A stretch of 64,000 bases of DNA from Candidatus Latescibacterota bacterium (GTDB taxonomy: Bacteria > Latescibacterota > UBA2968 > UBA8231): positions 1,088,001 through 1,152,000 of the forward strand of contig OZ242005.1 of NCBI GenBank assembly GCA_965204725.1. Direction: 5' to 3'. Below are positions 30,587 through 39,309 of this stretch, in pieces (within the stretch, counting starts at the first letter, position 1; each line of letters starts with the position of its first letter). Made by a program: the position numbers and the translations under genes. The notes under the pieces are model-generated. The model did no database searches. It saw only the letters and a program-made list of their open reading frames with translations, and was not told the origin of the DNA.

Positions 30587-30925
30587 ATGTTCGACACCCG
30601 CATCCTCAACGAAGCCGTGAGAACGCGCCGCCAGCGGCTGATGGCCGAGCAAGCCGAGTTGTTCGCCTGTGTCCGCGGCACCCTGTTGGCGTTGCGGCAG
30701 CCGCTCGGAATCGAGGCCGCGTACATCGTCGGCTCGCTGCGGTCGCCCAATTCTTGGCGGGAAGCGTCCGATATCGACGTGGTCGTGGGGGGCTGCTCGC
30801 CCGTTGTGCTCGAAATAATGAAAGCTCTAGAGGACGCCACCGGCAGAATGGTAGATGTAATCGACCTCGACCGGCATCCCGCCCCTCAATCCTTTGTCCA
30901 ATCTGGAGTCAAGGTGTATGGATAA
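30587..30925 (+). CDS. MNT nucleotidyltransferase antitoxin
   Basis: GS...SDIDV...VDVIDL motif; upstream of a HEPN gene. Confidence 0.85.
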   Translation: MFDTRILNEAVRTRRQRLMAEQAELFACVRGTLLALRQPLGIEAAYIVGSLRSPNSWREASDIDVVVGGCSPVVLEIMKALEDATGRMVDVIDLDRHPAPQSFVQSGVKVYG

Positions 30926-31382
30926 AGGAGCCTTCTCCATCCTCGAAGCGGAATTGCGGGCGCGTTCCCGGGATATCGACCGCATCGGCGATCTCATTGA
31001 GGAACGCCTGAGCACGTTTGCCCATAGTGCCGAAGGGATAGACAGCATGGGATACCAACTCCACAACCTCTACGGCGCGTTTGAGCAGTTGTTCGAGGAA
31101 GTAGCGCGCTTTTTTGAAAACCAAATCGACGCAGCAAGGTATCACGCGGATATGATCAGGCGAATGCAGCTAGAAATCCAAGGCATCCGCCCGGCCCTCC
31201 TGTCTGCCGAGACGGCTGCCGACCTCGATGAGTTGCGACGCTTTCGCCATCTGTTTCGCCACGCATATTCCGCGAATTTGGATCCCGACAAAGTGGCGGA
31301 TTTAGCGGTCCAAGCCGTGCGCGCCCAGCGCGCCTTTGCGCGGGACTTCGAGCGATTTCTAACGCGCTTGCGGCCCGAGTAA
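30918..31382 (+). CDS. HepT-like HEPN ribonuclease toxin
   Basis: LHNLYGAFE, IRPALLS, RRFRHLFRHAY (Rx4-6H) motifs. Confidence 0.85.
   Translation: MDKGAFSILEAELRARSRDIDRIGDLIEERLSTFAHSAEGIDSMGYQLHNLYGAFEQLFEEVARFFENQIDAARYHADMIRRMQLEIQGIRPALLSAETAADLDELRRFRHLFRHAYSANLDPDKVADLAVQAVRAQRAFARDFERFLTRLRPE
31353..31381 (+). repeat. 29-bp direct repeat, left copy (3' end of the HEPN gene)
   Basis: cgatttctaacgcgcttgcggcccgagta; one mismatch to 35771-35799. Confidence 0.9.
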
Positions 31383-31514
31383 GGTATCCTTATCTGAATA
31401 GATCTTTGAGCAGAAACGTCAAGCTGCACGAACTTACGATCTTGCCGGCCTGTGCCTATCCGACGGACGCGCCGATCACAAGCAACCAGCTAGCTAGGTG
31501 ATAGTTCCGAAAGG

Positions 31515-34500
31515 ATGGATGTGGACTCACTCCTTACCTACGACATTGAAAATGAGAACGCCGAATTTGTCACCGAGGCGGACTGGATACCTAGCTTCTG
31601 GAATTTCCTACTTGGCCTTGAGCGCAATGATCTAATAGCTGAACTCATTCAAAACGATCTCGACCAGAATGCAACGCGCACCGTCATTTCGTTTGAACAG
31701 GACCAGCTCGTCTGTGAAGGCAACGGTAAACCAGTGGAGCCCGAAGGCTGGCAGCGGCTTCGTAAAATTCAGGGTGCCGGCGATAGTGTTCCCGCCAAAC
31801 GCAGGGGGATTGGAATAAAGAATCACGGTCTGAAGACTGCGTTCACGATTGGCGATGAAATCCGTATATCATCGGACGGACAGTCAATATCTCAAACACT
31901 TTACGCTCACGGACGGAACAGTGCTCCATATCCTGGTGCATACCCAGAACCACGACCTGATCCGCAGGCACCCCGCAAGGGATGTCGTGTCATCATCAGA
32001 TACCGAGACAAGAATATTGAGCCTCGCGAGGGCGAAGCAATCGTCTTCGACGCTATCAGCACACAAGACATTGACGATCTATTCAAATCGGCCTGTTCTA
32101 GCACCCCCGAGCAATTTGTCGGCATCGTTTCGCCAAGAGTGGTGCCGCAATATGAGATCATCCTTCGTCATTGGCGTCTTGGCGAGGCGCGATTCGTGTT
32201 TTCCTGTAGACAGCGGAAGGCTGCTAGAGGCATCGAAATCTTTCGCAGGCGTTGTTCTGTCAGTGGGACCGCATCGTCCCTAGCCTCCAGTGTACAAGAA
32301 GAAGCGGTCCGCCGTTTGCTCCCTCTGAGTGGGCACCTAAATCAGCGTATCGCTGATTTTTATCGAAGCCGAAACCGCTTTTTTGTTGAAGTATCTTGGC
32401 CGATAGATGGACGCGGTAAACCGAGAACGGGAACCGGAAGATTCCGGTATCCTATTGGCTACCCTGACGGTTTACAGGCGCGAACAGGACACGGCGCATC
32501 TTTCAATGCGCCCTTTGTATCGGACACAGAGCGACATGGCTTAGCACGGAATAATGAAACCAATAAGAAACTACGCGAAGACTGCGAGAAACTGCTGGCC
32601 GACGTGCTCGCGCGCCATACCATCCCGCGCTGGGGACCTGATGGGCTCAACCCGCTAGTGCCAATCCCGAACTCCGACAATGAAGCTGAGGCAGTGCGAC
32701 CGTTGCTAACAGCACTAGCTCGGCGTGGTGCCATGCCGACACTCAGGTGGAGAGCCGCGGCGGTCCGAGTACTTAAGAGCAAGAAACAGAAAGCTAGTGC
32801 CAGAGCGGCTACTAAACAAAGGCCTAAGGAACCGCAGCAGTACCGTTTTGTTGTGCCGACTATGAGAAAATCGGAGGTGATTCACGCTTCTCTGTCTGTA
32901 ATCTGTCCCCTCTCGGAAAGACAACTTGATCCACGAGTTCATCAGGACATCGTACGGCTTCTATCGGATGGATGTACAGACGGTTTTTGCGAGGACTTCA
33001 AAACTTTCGATGAAAAAGACGCACTAAGCAGGGCTAAGGGCGAAGGCAATAAGTACTTTGCCGTGTCCAATAACCTTGAGCGAGAATTCGCGCAGCCGCT
33101 CATCGCGTACTCCTATTTGGACGTGATTGAGGAGTCGATAGAGGAGGACAAGTGCAATGCGGGGGAAATTTCATCGTTGCAGGAGGCTCTGTTGCTTCCC
33201 GATGTACACGCCAAATCAGCACGATTCAAAGACTTACATGCCAGCGCACCCCTTCCTGCGGATATACCGGGCTTATGCCTGCCACCAATTTTGCATCAGG
33301 ATTTGGCGTCCCATCCGATCTTTCGGCGTACTAAATGGAAAAGGCCAAAGTACACGATGGAGAAGTTTCTAGGAGGTGGGGTGCTTCAGAATGCGGATGA
33401 GCAAATACGTAAACTGTTCTGGAAGTGGTTATGTCGGAACGAACACAGCATTGGGCCACGTGAACGCACCAAACTGGCTGACATAGAAATATGGCCAGAT
33501 GCTGACGGTAAACTCTGCAAGCTTTCGGCCCTCTGCGATGTGCGATCCCAGCGCATTGCAACAATTCTCGGTGATTCAATCCGCAGGCCACATGAGCATG
33601 TACGTCAATTAAGAAGGATAGTTTCTTTTGGTAAAAAACGCCGAACATCTATCCGTTGCTTCCCTTCGCAAGACGAAATTGCTGACTGGATCGAAAGACG
33701 CATAGCACCTCTTGTACCCGACGACACGCCGGACGCAGACACCATTGTCGCTCTACAATGCTTTGAAGCCGACTTGATGATTCTCCTGAAAAACCCAGTC
33801 ATCGCTCGTATGCTCAACGCGGCAGAAATGACTTTGCCGGCACTTGCGCAAGATGGCTCGATCCGACCACGAGAAGGGCTAGTCCTGCCGAGCAAGAATA
33901 TTGAGCGACTTGCATTGAGAAAACGGTTTCTGCTCAAGACCAATCGTCGTACTACCGCACTCAACAAGCTATCGCCGGCCCTGTCCGAGCCAACGGCGGC
34001 AATGCTCATCTGCACGTTAGACGAGGATCGTGAAAACTTCGGTGCCTTGCAGGCACGCCTTCGTCAGTTCATGGCGTTGACCCGACACTCGGATTGCTAT
34101 CGGGACCGACTTTCCAGTATGGAGATCCTCCCGGTTGGTGGCTGTCCTCGGTCTCCGAATGATTTGGCGTTCAAAAGTAAGAAGGGAGACTATTGGGGTA
34201 ACTGGAAAACCCAGATTTGGCCAACGGGTCTATCTCAAGACGATCAGCAACGTTACCGGGAGGCTGGTGTCACGTCAGCTTTCCCGACCAGTGAAACTAG
34301 CCGTGCCTTTTTTCAATGGCTATCGCAGCAGGATGAGGCGGTTCTGAGGAGTCATGTCAGTTGCGTACTTCGCCACATAGTACATCAAAACGGACCTGAG
34401 AGTTGGGCCGAAGTCTTTACGGACATACCATTCATCGTAGTGAAAAATAGCAGGGGCTTGCAGCTCGTACCTTTGCACACGGCGCGTCGCCGCCCGGTCT

Positions 34501-35780
34501 ATCTACCCGATGCAGAAAAAGAGATCGCTGACGCAGTGGTTGAGAATGATCCAGGTGTTTTGCTGGTCATAGACCGAGTCAAAGAAGTTTCCGAACCAAT
34601 CTCCGAGCCATTGCGGAGACTGGGTGTAAAATCGCTCCGTGAAAAAATCGGTGAACCTGAGCGAGTTGTCGGAAATGGCAACATCCAACAGGCTCCCCCC
34701 AAGGTCCTTCGCGGGGTTGCCGCTCTACTCCGCCCGAAGTTCCGCTGTACATTCCGCAAGCATATCGTTGAACTTGGCGTTGAATCCGATCTGTTATGGA
34801 ACGACTGGCATGACCGGCTGTCGCGCATTAAAGAGGTACGATTCGCTGACAGTGTTGAAGCGCACTACCGCTTTCGCCGCAAGCCATATCCCATCGCAGT
34901 TGACGCCGGATTTGATCCTGACTCCCGCATATTCTGGATCAAGGAAGGGTACGGACTGCGTAGCCTCTACGAAACCATTGCGAAGCAACTGGTCTTCAAG
35001 CCGACTGCAAAACCTATACATTTTATGGCTTTGCAGCGGGTACTAGAATTGGAGTCTCACGATCCGAGTTTCGGGTCCCCGGATCCCACGATTCTGGAGA
35101 ATGGGGAAAGCATCTTGGACGAAGAAACTCTCGATACAGATAGTGAATCCAGCGATAACGGCACTGGAGAGGCCAGACTCGGGCACTCTCCTTTTAAGCC
35201 TGATCCCCAGGGGAACGTTCCGAGACCTAGCCCTATCTCATCTACCTCAAGCGTAGCCTCGCCACCGGGCGAACACGGAGCGACTAATGGGAACAGCCCA
35301 AGTAAAGGCGGCAGCAACAACGAATCCGCACCGGAACTTGAGAAGAAGCATATCGGGGAATTGAAGCAGGATCATTATGCGAGTCACTGTCAGATGTGCC
35401 TTTGCAAACGGCCACCTCAAGAGCTTGCCCCGGTCGACAGCTATATTGAGTGGGAGGAAGTACGGCGGCATGTCGTAGAAGCCCATCATGTCGATCTAAA
35501 ATCAGCCGGCGGTGCTCGCCACGCCGGAAATCTAATCTTGTTATGCAAGTTACACCACAATAATTATGGTCGGCGGCTTACACGTATAGCGATAATCGAT
35601 GCTCTTCGGGGCCAGAAAAAAGACAAGGAGATTTGCTTTGGTGTAGGTGTGGTAAAGGGCCAATCCATAAAAATTGAGCTCCCGGATACAGATGAAGTCG
35701 TTGAAGTCTTTTTCACAAACGATCATGCCGATTATTGGCTTTCTGTTGGCGGAGCAGACGGTCTTGGCATCGATTCCTAA
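31515..35780 (+). CDS. 1421-aa protein with sacsin-like GHKL ATPase N-terminus and C-terminal HNH nuclease
   Basis: ELIQNDLD, GNG, GIKNHGLKTAF motifs; C-terminal CQMC...VEAHH...GNLILLCKLHH; lower GC. Confidence 0.75.
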   Translation: MDVDSLLTYDIENENAEFVTEADWIPSFWNFLLGLERNDLIAELIQNDLDQNATRTVISFEQDQLVCEGNGKPVEPEGWQRLRKIQGAGDSVPAKRRGIGIKNHGLKTAFTIGDEIRISSDGQSISQTLYAHGRNSAPYPGAYPEPRPDPQAPRKGCRVIIRYRDKNIEPREGEAIVFDAISTQDIDDLFKSACSSTPEQFVGIVSPRVVPQYEIILRHWRLGEARFVFSCRQRKAARGIEIFRRRCSVSGTASSLASSVQEEAVRRLLPLSGHLNQRIADFYRSRNRFFVEVSWPIDGRGKPRTGTGRFRYPIGYPDGLQARTGHGASFNAPFVSDTERHGLARNNETNKKLREDCEKLLADVLARHTIPRWGPDGLNPLVPIPNSDNEAEAVRPLLTALARRGAMPTLRWRAAAVRVLKSKKQKASARAATKQRPKEPQQYRFVVPTMRKSEVIHASLSVICPLSERQLDPRVHQDIVRLLSDGCTDGFCEDFKTFDEKDALSRAKGEGNKYFAVSNNLEREFAQPLIAYSYLDVIEESIEEDKCNAGEISSLQEALLLPDVHAKSARFKDLHASAPLPADIPGLCLPPILHQDLASHPIFRRTKWKRPKYTMEKFLGGGVLQNADEQIRKLFWKWLCRNEHSIGPRERTKLADIEIWPDADGKLCKLSALCDVRSQRIATILGDSIRRPHEHVRQLRRIVSFGKKRRTSIRCFPSQDEIADWIERRIAPLVPDDTPDADTIVALQCFEADLMILLKNPVIARMLNAAEMTLPALAQDGSIRPREGLVLPSKNIERLALRKRFLLKTNRRTTALNKLSPALSEPTAAMLICTLDEDRENFGALQARLRQFMALTRHSDCYRDRLSSMEILPVGGCPRSPNDLAFKSKKGDYWGNWKTQIWPTGLSQDDQQRYREAGVTSAFPTSETSRAFFQWLSQQDEAVLRSHVSCVLRHIVHQNGPESWAEVFTDIPFIVVKNSRGLQLVPLHTARRRPVYLPDAEKEIADAVVENDPGVLLVIDRVKEVSEPISEPLRRLGVKSLREKIGEPERVVGNGNIQQAPPKVLRGVAALLRPKFRCTFRKHIVELGVESDLLWNDWHDRLSRIKEVRFADSVEAHYRFRRKPYPIAVDAGFDPDSRIFWIKEGYGLRSLYETIAKQLVFKPTAKPIHFMALQRVLELESHDPSFGSPDPTILENGESILDEETLDTDSESSDNGTGEARLGHSPFKPDPQGNVPRPSPISSTSSVASPPGEHGATNGNSPSKGGSNNESAPELEKKHIGELKQDHYASHCQMCLCKRPPQELAPVDSYIEWEEVRRHVVEAHHVDLKSAGGARHAGNLILLCKLHHNNYGRRLTRIAIIDALRGQKKDKEICFGVGVVKGQSIKIELPDTDEVVEVFFTNDHADYWLSVGGADGLGIDS

Positions 35781-35799
35781 CGCGCTTGCGGCCCGAGTA
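35771..35799 (+). repeat. 29-bp direct repeat, right copy
   Basis: cgattcctaacgcgcttgcggcccgagta; supplies the TAA stop of the 1421-aa gene and ends 1 bp before the tyrS stop. Confidence 0.9.
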
Positions 35800-35800
35800 G

Positions 35801-37051
35801 CTAGCAGACGAGGGTGTACTTTTTTTTGCCGCGGCGCACGATCCAGTATTTGCCGTGTAGGCCCTCTGGGCGTCGCATGATCCGCGCCAAGTCCGTGCAG
35901 CGCTCGCCGTTGATATAGATGGAGCCGTTTTGCACGTCTTGGCGGGCTTGGCGCTTGGAGGAAGAGACGCCGGCCGCGACGAGCAGATCAATTAGTCCGA
36001 GTTCCTCCCGATCCATCGCGTGCGTTGGCACGTCGCCAAAGCCTTCGAGGATTTCGTCCTCGGATAGGTCCTGAAAAGCCCCGTAAAAGAGTGCGTGCGA
36101 GATGCGTTCGGCGCGGTGTGCGGCGTCGGCTCCATGCACTAAGGTCGTTACTTGGGCTGCGAGGGTGCGCTGGGCTTCGCGCCGCTCGGGCCGGTCGCGG
36201 ACGGTTTCGGCGAGCTGGAGGATCGCGTCTTGCTCCAAGAAGGTGTACGTTTTCAGGTAATCGACGACCTTCAGGTCCTCGGCGTTGATCCAGAACTGGT
36301 AAAACTGATAGGCCGAGGTCTTAGCAGCGTCGAGCCAGATCGTGCCCGCTTCGGTCTTGCCGAATTTAGTGCCGTCTGCTTTGGTCACGAGCGGGCAAGT
36401 CAGGCCAAAGGCCCGGTTGCCGGCGCGGCGGCGGATCAGGTCGGTGCCAGCGGTGATATTGCCCCACTGATCCGAGCCGCCAGTCTGCAACTCGCAGCCG
36501 TATTCTCGATTGAGGACCCAGAAGTCATAAGCCTGTAGCACCATGTAGCTGAACTCGGTGTAGGAAATGCCCGCTTCCAAGCGCGAGGCGACCGAGTCCT
36601 TGGCTAGCATGTAGGATACTGGAAAGTGCTTGCCGACGTCGCGCATAAAGTCGATGGCCGCGAGTTGGCTGAGCCAGTCGTAGTTGTTGACCGCGATGGC
36701 AGGGTTGGGGCCATCGAACTCTAGGAAGCGCGATAGCTGGGCTTTGACCTGCTCAGTCCATGCGGCCACCACGTCGTCGGCATTGAGTTGGCGTTCCTCG
36801 GCCTTGCCGCTTGGATCGCCAATCAGGCCGGTGCCGCCGCCGGCTAGGGCAATGACCTTGTGACCGGCGAGTTGGAAGCGGCGCAGGAGCAGGATCGGCA
36901 CGAGGTTGCCTACCGTCAGGCTGTCAGCGGTTGGGTCGAAGCCGTTGTAGAGCGTGAGCGGACCGGCCGCGAGGCGCTCGGCGAGGCCATCGAGGTCGGT
37001 GGCTTGGTAAATCAAGCCGCGAAATTGCAGATCGGGTATGATGTTCATCAC
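35801..37051 (-). CDS. tyrS: Tyrosine-tRNA ligase
   Basis: GFDPTADSL, IGDPSG, EFSY..LQAYDF, GGSDQWGNI, KFGKT motifs and S4 domain ending RRGKK. Confidence 0.97.
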   Translation of the reverse strand: MMNIIPDLQFRGLIYQATDLDGLAERLAAGPLTLYNGFDPTADSLTVGNLVPILLLRRFQLAGHKVIALAGGGTGLIGDPSGKAEERQLNADDVVAAWTEQVKAQLSRFLEFDGPNPAIAVNNYDWLSQLAAIDFMRDVGKHFPVSYMLAKDSVASRLEAGISYTEFSYMVLQAYDFWVLNREYGCELQTGGSDQWGNITAGTDLIRRRAGNRAFGLTCPLVTKADGTKFGKTEAGTIWLDAAKTSAYQFYQFWINAEDLKVVDYLKTYTFLEQDAILQLAETVRDRPERREAQRTLAAQVTTLVHGADAAHRAERISHALFYGAFQDLSEDEILEGFGDVPTHAMDREELGLIDLLVAAGVSSSKRQARQDVQNGSIYINGERCTDLARIMRRPEGLHGKYWIVRRGKKKYTLVC

Positions 37052-37075
37052 AGGTCCTTAATTCCTTATGGGCAT

Positions 37076-37102
37076 AAAAAAAGCCCCTGTAATCAGGGGC
37101 TT
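37076..37102 (-). terminator. Intrinsic terminator in the tyrS leader (attenuator)
   Basis: Minus strand AAGCCCCTG-ATTA-CAGGGGCTT running into a 7-U tract. Confidence 0.85.
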
Positions 37103-37134
37103 GTAAACGCGGTTGGGACGATAAAACGAGCGCA

Positions 37135-37197
37135 CTACCCCTCTGTGTGACGCGAATAATAGGGGTAGCGGCGATCAGGGCGTACGGTCTGCATCAT
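37135..37197 (-). CDS. Putative tyrS leader peptide MMQTVRPDRRYPYYSRHTEG
   Basis: RBS GGAG at 37203-37206; three Tyr codons (TAC, TAT, TAT) within four codons; followed by the terminator. Confidence 0.8.
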   Translation of the reverse strand: MMQTVRPDRRYPYYSRHTEG

Positions 37198-37213
37198 TCA
37201 TTCTCCGCACAAA

Positions 37214-37242
37214 AATATAGCCGCGCCCTCTATCCCAGTCAA
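37214..37242 (-). promoter_or_regulatory. sigma70 promoter of the tyrS leader
   Basis: TTGACT-N17-TATATT. Confidence 0.7.
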
Positions 37243-38495
37243 TCGCCCCGATAGCCCTGTGCGGCCCAGACTTTTCGGGCCAGCTTTTTCGCCTCGGCCG
37301 AAGGTTCGATTGCGCCCAAAAGACTGCTTGGCGGCTGCCCTTGCTTTTTGCGCTCGGGGTCGGGCGACCAGTCGTCTTGGGCGTATTTTCGGCGCACGGA
37401 CTCGCGGCGGAAATCGGGCACTTCCATCGGTGCCGAGTCGTTGAGCGCGGACCGCCACGCTTGAATCCCGGCGATGCTCATGTCGAGGCCGCGGTACACG
37501 TCGAGATAGGGTGGCTCGCCAGTGCGGATGGCCTCGGCAAAGTGGTAGCTGGTGAAAAAGTCGCCGCCGCCGTGGCCGGTGCGAGTGGCTTGGGCGCGAT
37601 GCACGGGGAAGTCGGGCTTGTACACCGTTTCGACCGGATCGCGCTCGCGCTTTTCCCACGGCTCGTACCACACGCGCAGCCGCTGTTTGTCGCCGTGGCG
37701 GCAGTTTTCCATCACCCCCTTGTTGCCGTGGATGCGGACGTAGTTGCCGTGGCCGCGCAACGCGCCGTGCAGCGACTTCATCACCGCGTCGTTGTCCATC
37801 CGGCAGATGATCACCGCGGCCGTGTCGCTGCGGTTCACGTGCAGCGTTTGGGTGGGATCGGCGAAATCATAAGGGATGACAAAGCCGTTTACTTTTACGG
37901 GCCGGGTGTCGGTGATGTATAGGACCGGGGCGATGGAATGGGTGCAGTAGTATGTGGCGGGGATCCAGTTGCGCCAGTGGTCGCGCCCGCAACTGCGCGC
38001 CAGCTTCACTTCGGCCGGGTCGGGATGGACGTACTCGCCCTCGCCGTATTTGAACTCGCCGACGCGGCCCTTTTGGTAGAGCCGCCTCATCTCCTGATTG
38101 AAGACCATGTAGGGATAGTTCTCGGCGAACATGTAAATCTGGCCGCTTTGCTCGACCGCTCGCGCCAGTGCCACGCCTTCGCCCAAGGTGTGGCAGGCCG
38201 CGGTCTCGCTCATTACGTGTTTGCCGGCGTTGAGTGCTTTGATGGCAAACGGGGCGTGCTGGTGGAAGTAGTTGGCGAGCACGACCGCGTCGAGGTCGCA
38301 GCCGAGAAATTCGTCGTAATCGACGAATGTCGGCACGTTGAGAGCCTTGCCCTCTGCAATGAGGCGTTCTTCCCAGATGTCGCAAATGGCGACTAGCTCC
38401 ATGCTGGTCGCAGCGGCGGCCTGCATGAAGGAGCGACCGCGACCGACGCCGACTACGCCGACTCGGATGGGATGTGGTTTGCCGCGTTTTTTCAT
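37239..38495 (-). CDS. Gfo/Idh/MocA oxidoreductase
   Basis: VGVVGVGRG, AGKHVMSE, AENY, YCTH, GHGGGD motifs. Confidence 0.9.
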   Translation of the reverse strand: MKKRGKPHPIRVGVVGVGRGRSFMQAAAATSMELVAICDIWEERLIAEGKALNVPTFVDYDEFLGCDLDAVVLANYFHQHAPFAIKALNAGKHVMSETAACHTLGEGVALARAVEQSGQIYMFAENYPYMVFNQEMRRLYQKGRVGEFKYGEGEYVHPDPAEVKLARSCGRDHWRNWIPATYYCTHSIAPVLYITDTRPVKVNGFVIPYDFADPTQTLHVNRSDTAAVIICRMDNDAVMKSLHGALRGHGNYVRIHGNKGVMENCRHGDKQRLRVWYEPWEKRERDPVETVYKPDFPVHRAQATRTGHGGGDFFTSYHFAEAIRTGEPPYLDVYRGLDMSIAGIQAWRSALNDSAPMEVPDFRRESVRRKYAQDDWSPDPERKKQGQPPSSLLGAIEPSAEAKKLARKVWAAQGYRGD

Positions 38496-38510
38496 GGTTT
38501 AAGCCGATGT

Positions 38511-39194
38511 CTAAGGGGCCGCCTGTTCCTTCCCTGCGGCGGCATCCACGTACTCCTTCACCAAAAGAAGGTCTTCCATGGAGCCGCCCAACAGCAGCTC
38601 CAACGGCTCTCGTTCATCTAGCAAGGGGTGCCGTTCGCGCAGCCATTCGTTTTCAACTTCCAAATCGCGAAAGAGCGAGGACAGCGTCGCTCTGATATGA
38701 AAAAGATGGGCAATTCGATCTCGAATGTCTCGGCCGTGCAGGTCAGCAGCTCCTGCCAAAATCGCTCGCACGAGATTGTTGTCCGTCTGATCGAATCCCA
38801 GCAGGGGGACCGCATCGTCTCTGCTCAAATGCCAGTTCTCAAGCAATTTCAAGACGAACTGAATTGGTCCGCTGACCCGTTTCGGCGCAAAGACACTTAG
38901 TTTCCAACTCACAACGTCGGAACCGACATCTGACGAGTGAACTGCGATAAGTCCCAACGTTGACTTATATGCAGACGAACCGCTAGCGAAGGAAGGAAAG
39001 GCAGGTCTCGGCTTCCACTGATAAAAGTGGCTCGCATGTAAACCAGCCCCGACTTTGGACGGTCCATCATAGCCGGAGTTTCGCATTAAGAGGGAGTCAT
39101 TAGCTCCTTCTCCAAGAGCCGGTCCTAATAGTTCTGTTGCAGTCGTCATGTTAGTTCCACCTGAATCCGCGACAGTATCCCGCCTATCAGACAA
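38511..39194 (-). CDS. Xre/MbcA/ParS-type antitoxin (C-terminal toxin-binding domain), orphan
   Basis: C-terminal LSSLF...EWLRERHPLLDEREPLELLLGG; start uncertain; no RES toxin adjacent. Confidence 0.65.
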   Translation of the reverse strand: MSDRRDTVADSGGTNMTTATELLGPALGEGANDSLLMRNSGYDGPSKVGAGLHASHFYQWKPRPAFPSFASGSSAYKSTLGLIAVHSSDVGSDVVSWKLSVFAPKRVSGPIQFVLKLLENWHLSRDDAVPLLGFDQTDNNLVRAILAGAADLHGRDIRDRIAHLFHIRATLSSLFRDLEVENEWLRERHPLLDEREPLELLLGGSMEDLLLVKEYVDAAAGKEQAAP

Positions 39195-39309
39195 TACTGT
39201 TCCAACTTCCTAATCGATATACGTCTAATAAGACTGTAATTGATACTCTGTCAATCTACCCCGACCCGCTAACGACGGATCGAGTACGTTCAGGCGGCGA
39301 TAGGGGCAC

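Noticed and set aside
30540-30600. guaA 3' end as the att site of an integrative element
   Set aside because: guaA is a known hotspot and cargo follows it, but no repeat of its 3' end and no integrase were found.
37052-37200. T-box riboswitch upstream of tyrS
   Set aside because: The leader is short, with no UGGNACC T-box bulge or stem I seen; the leader-peptide model explains the structure.
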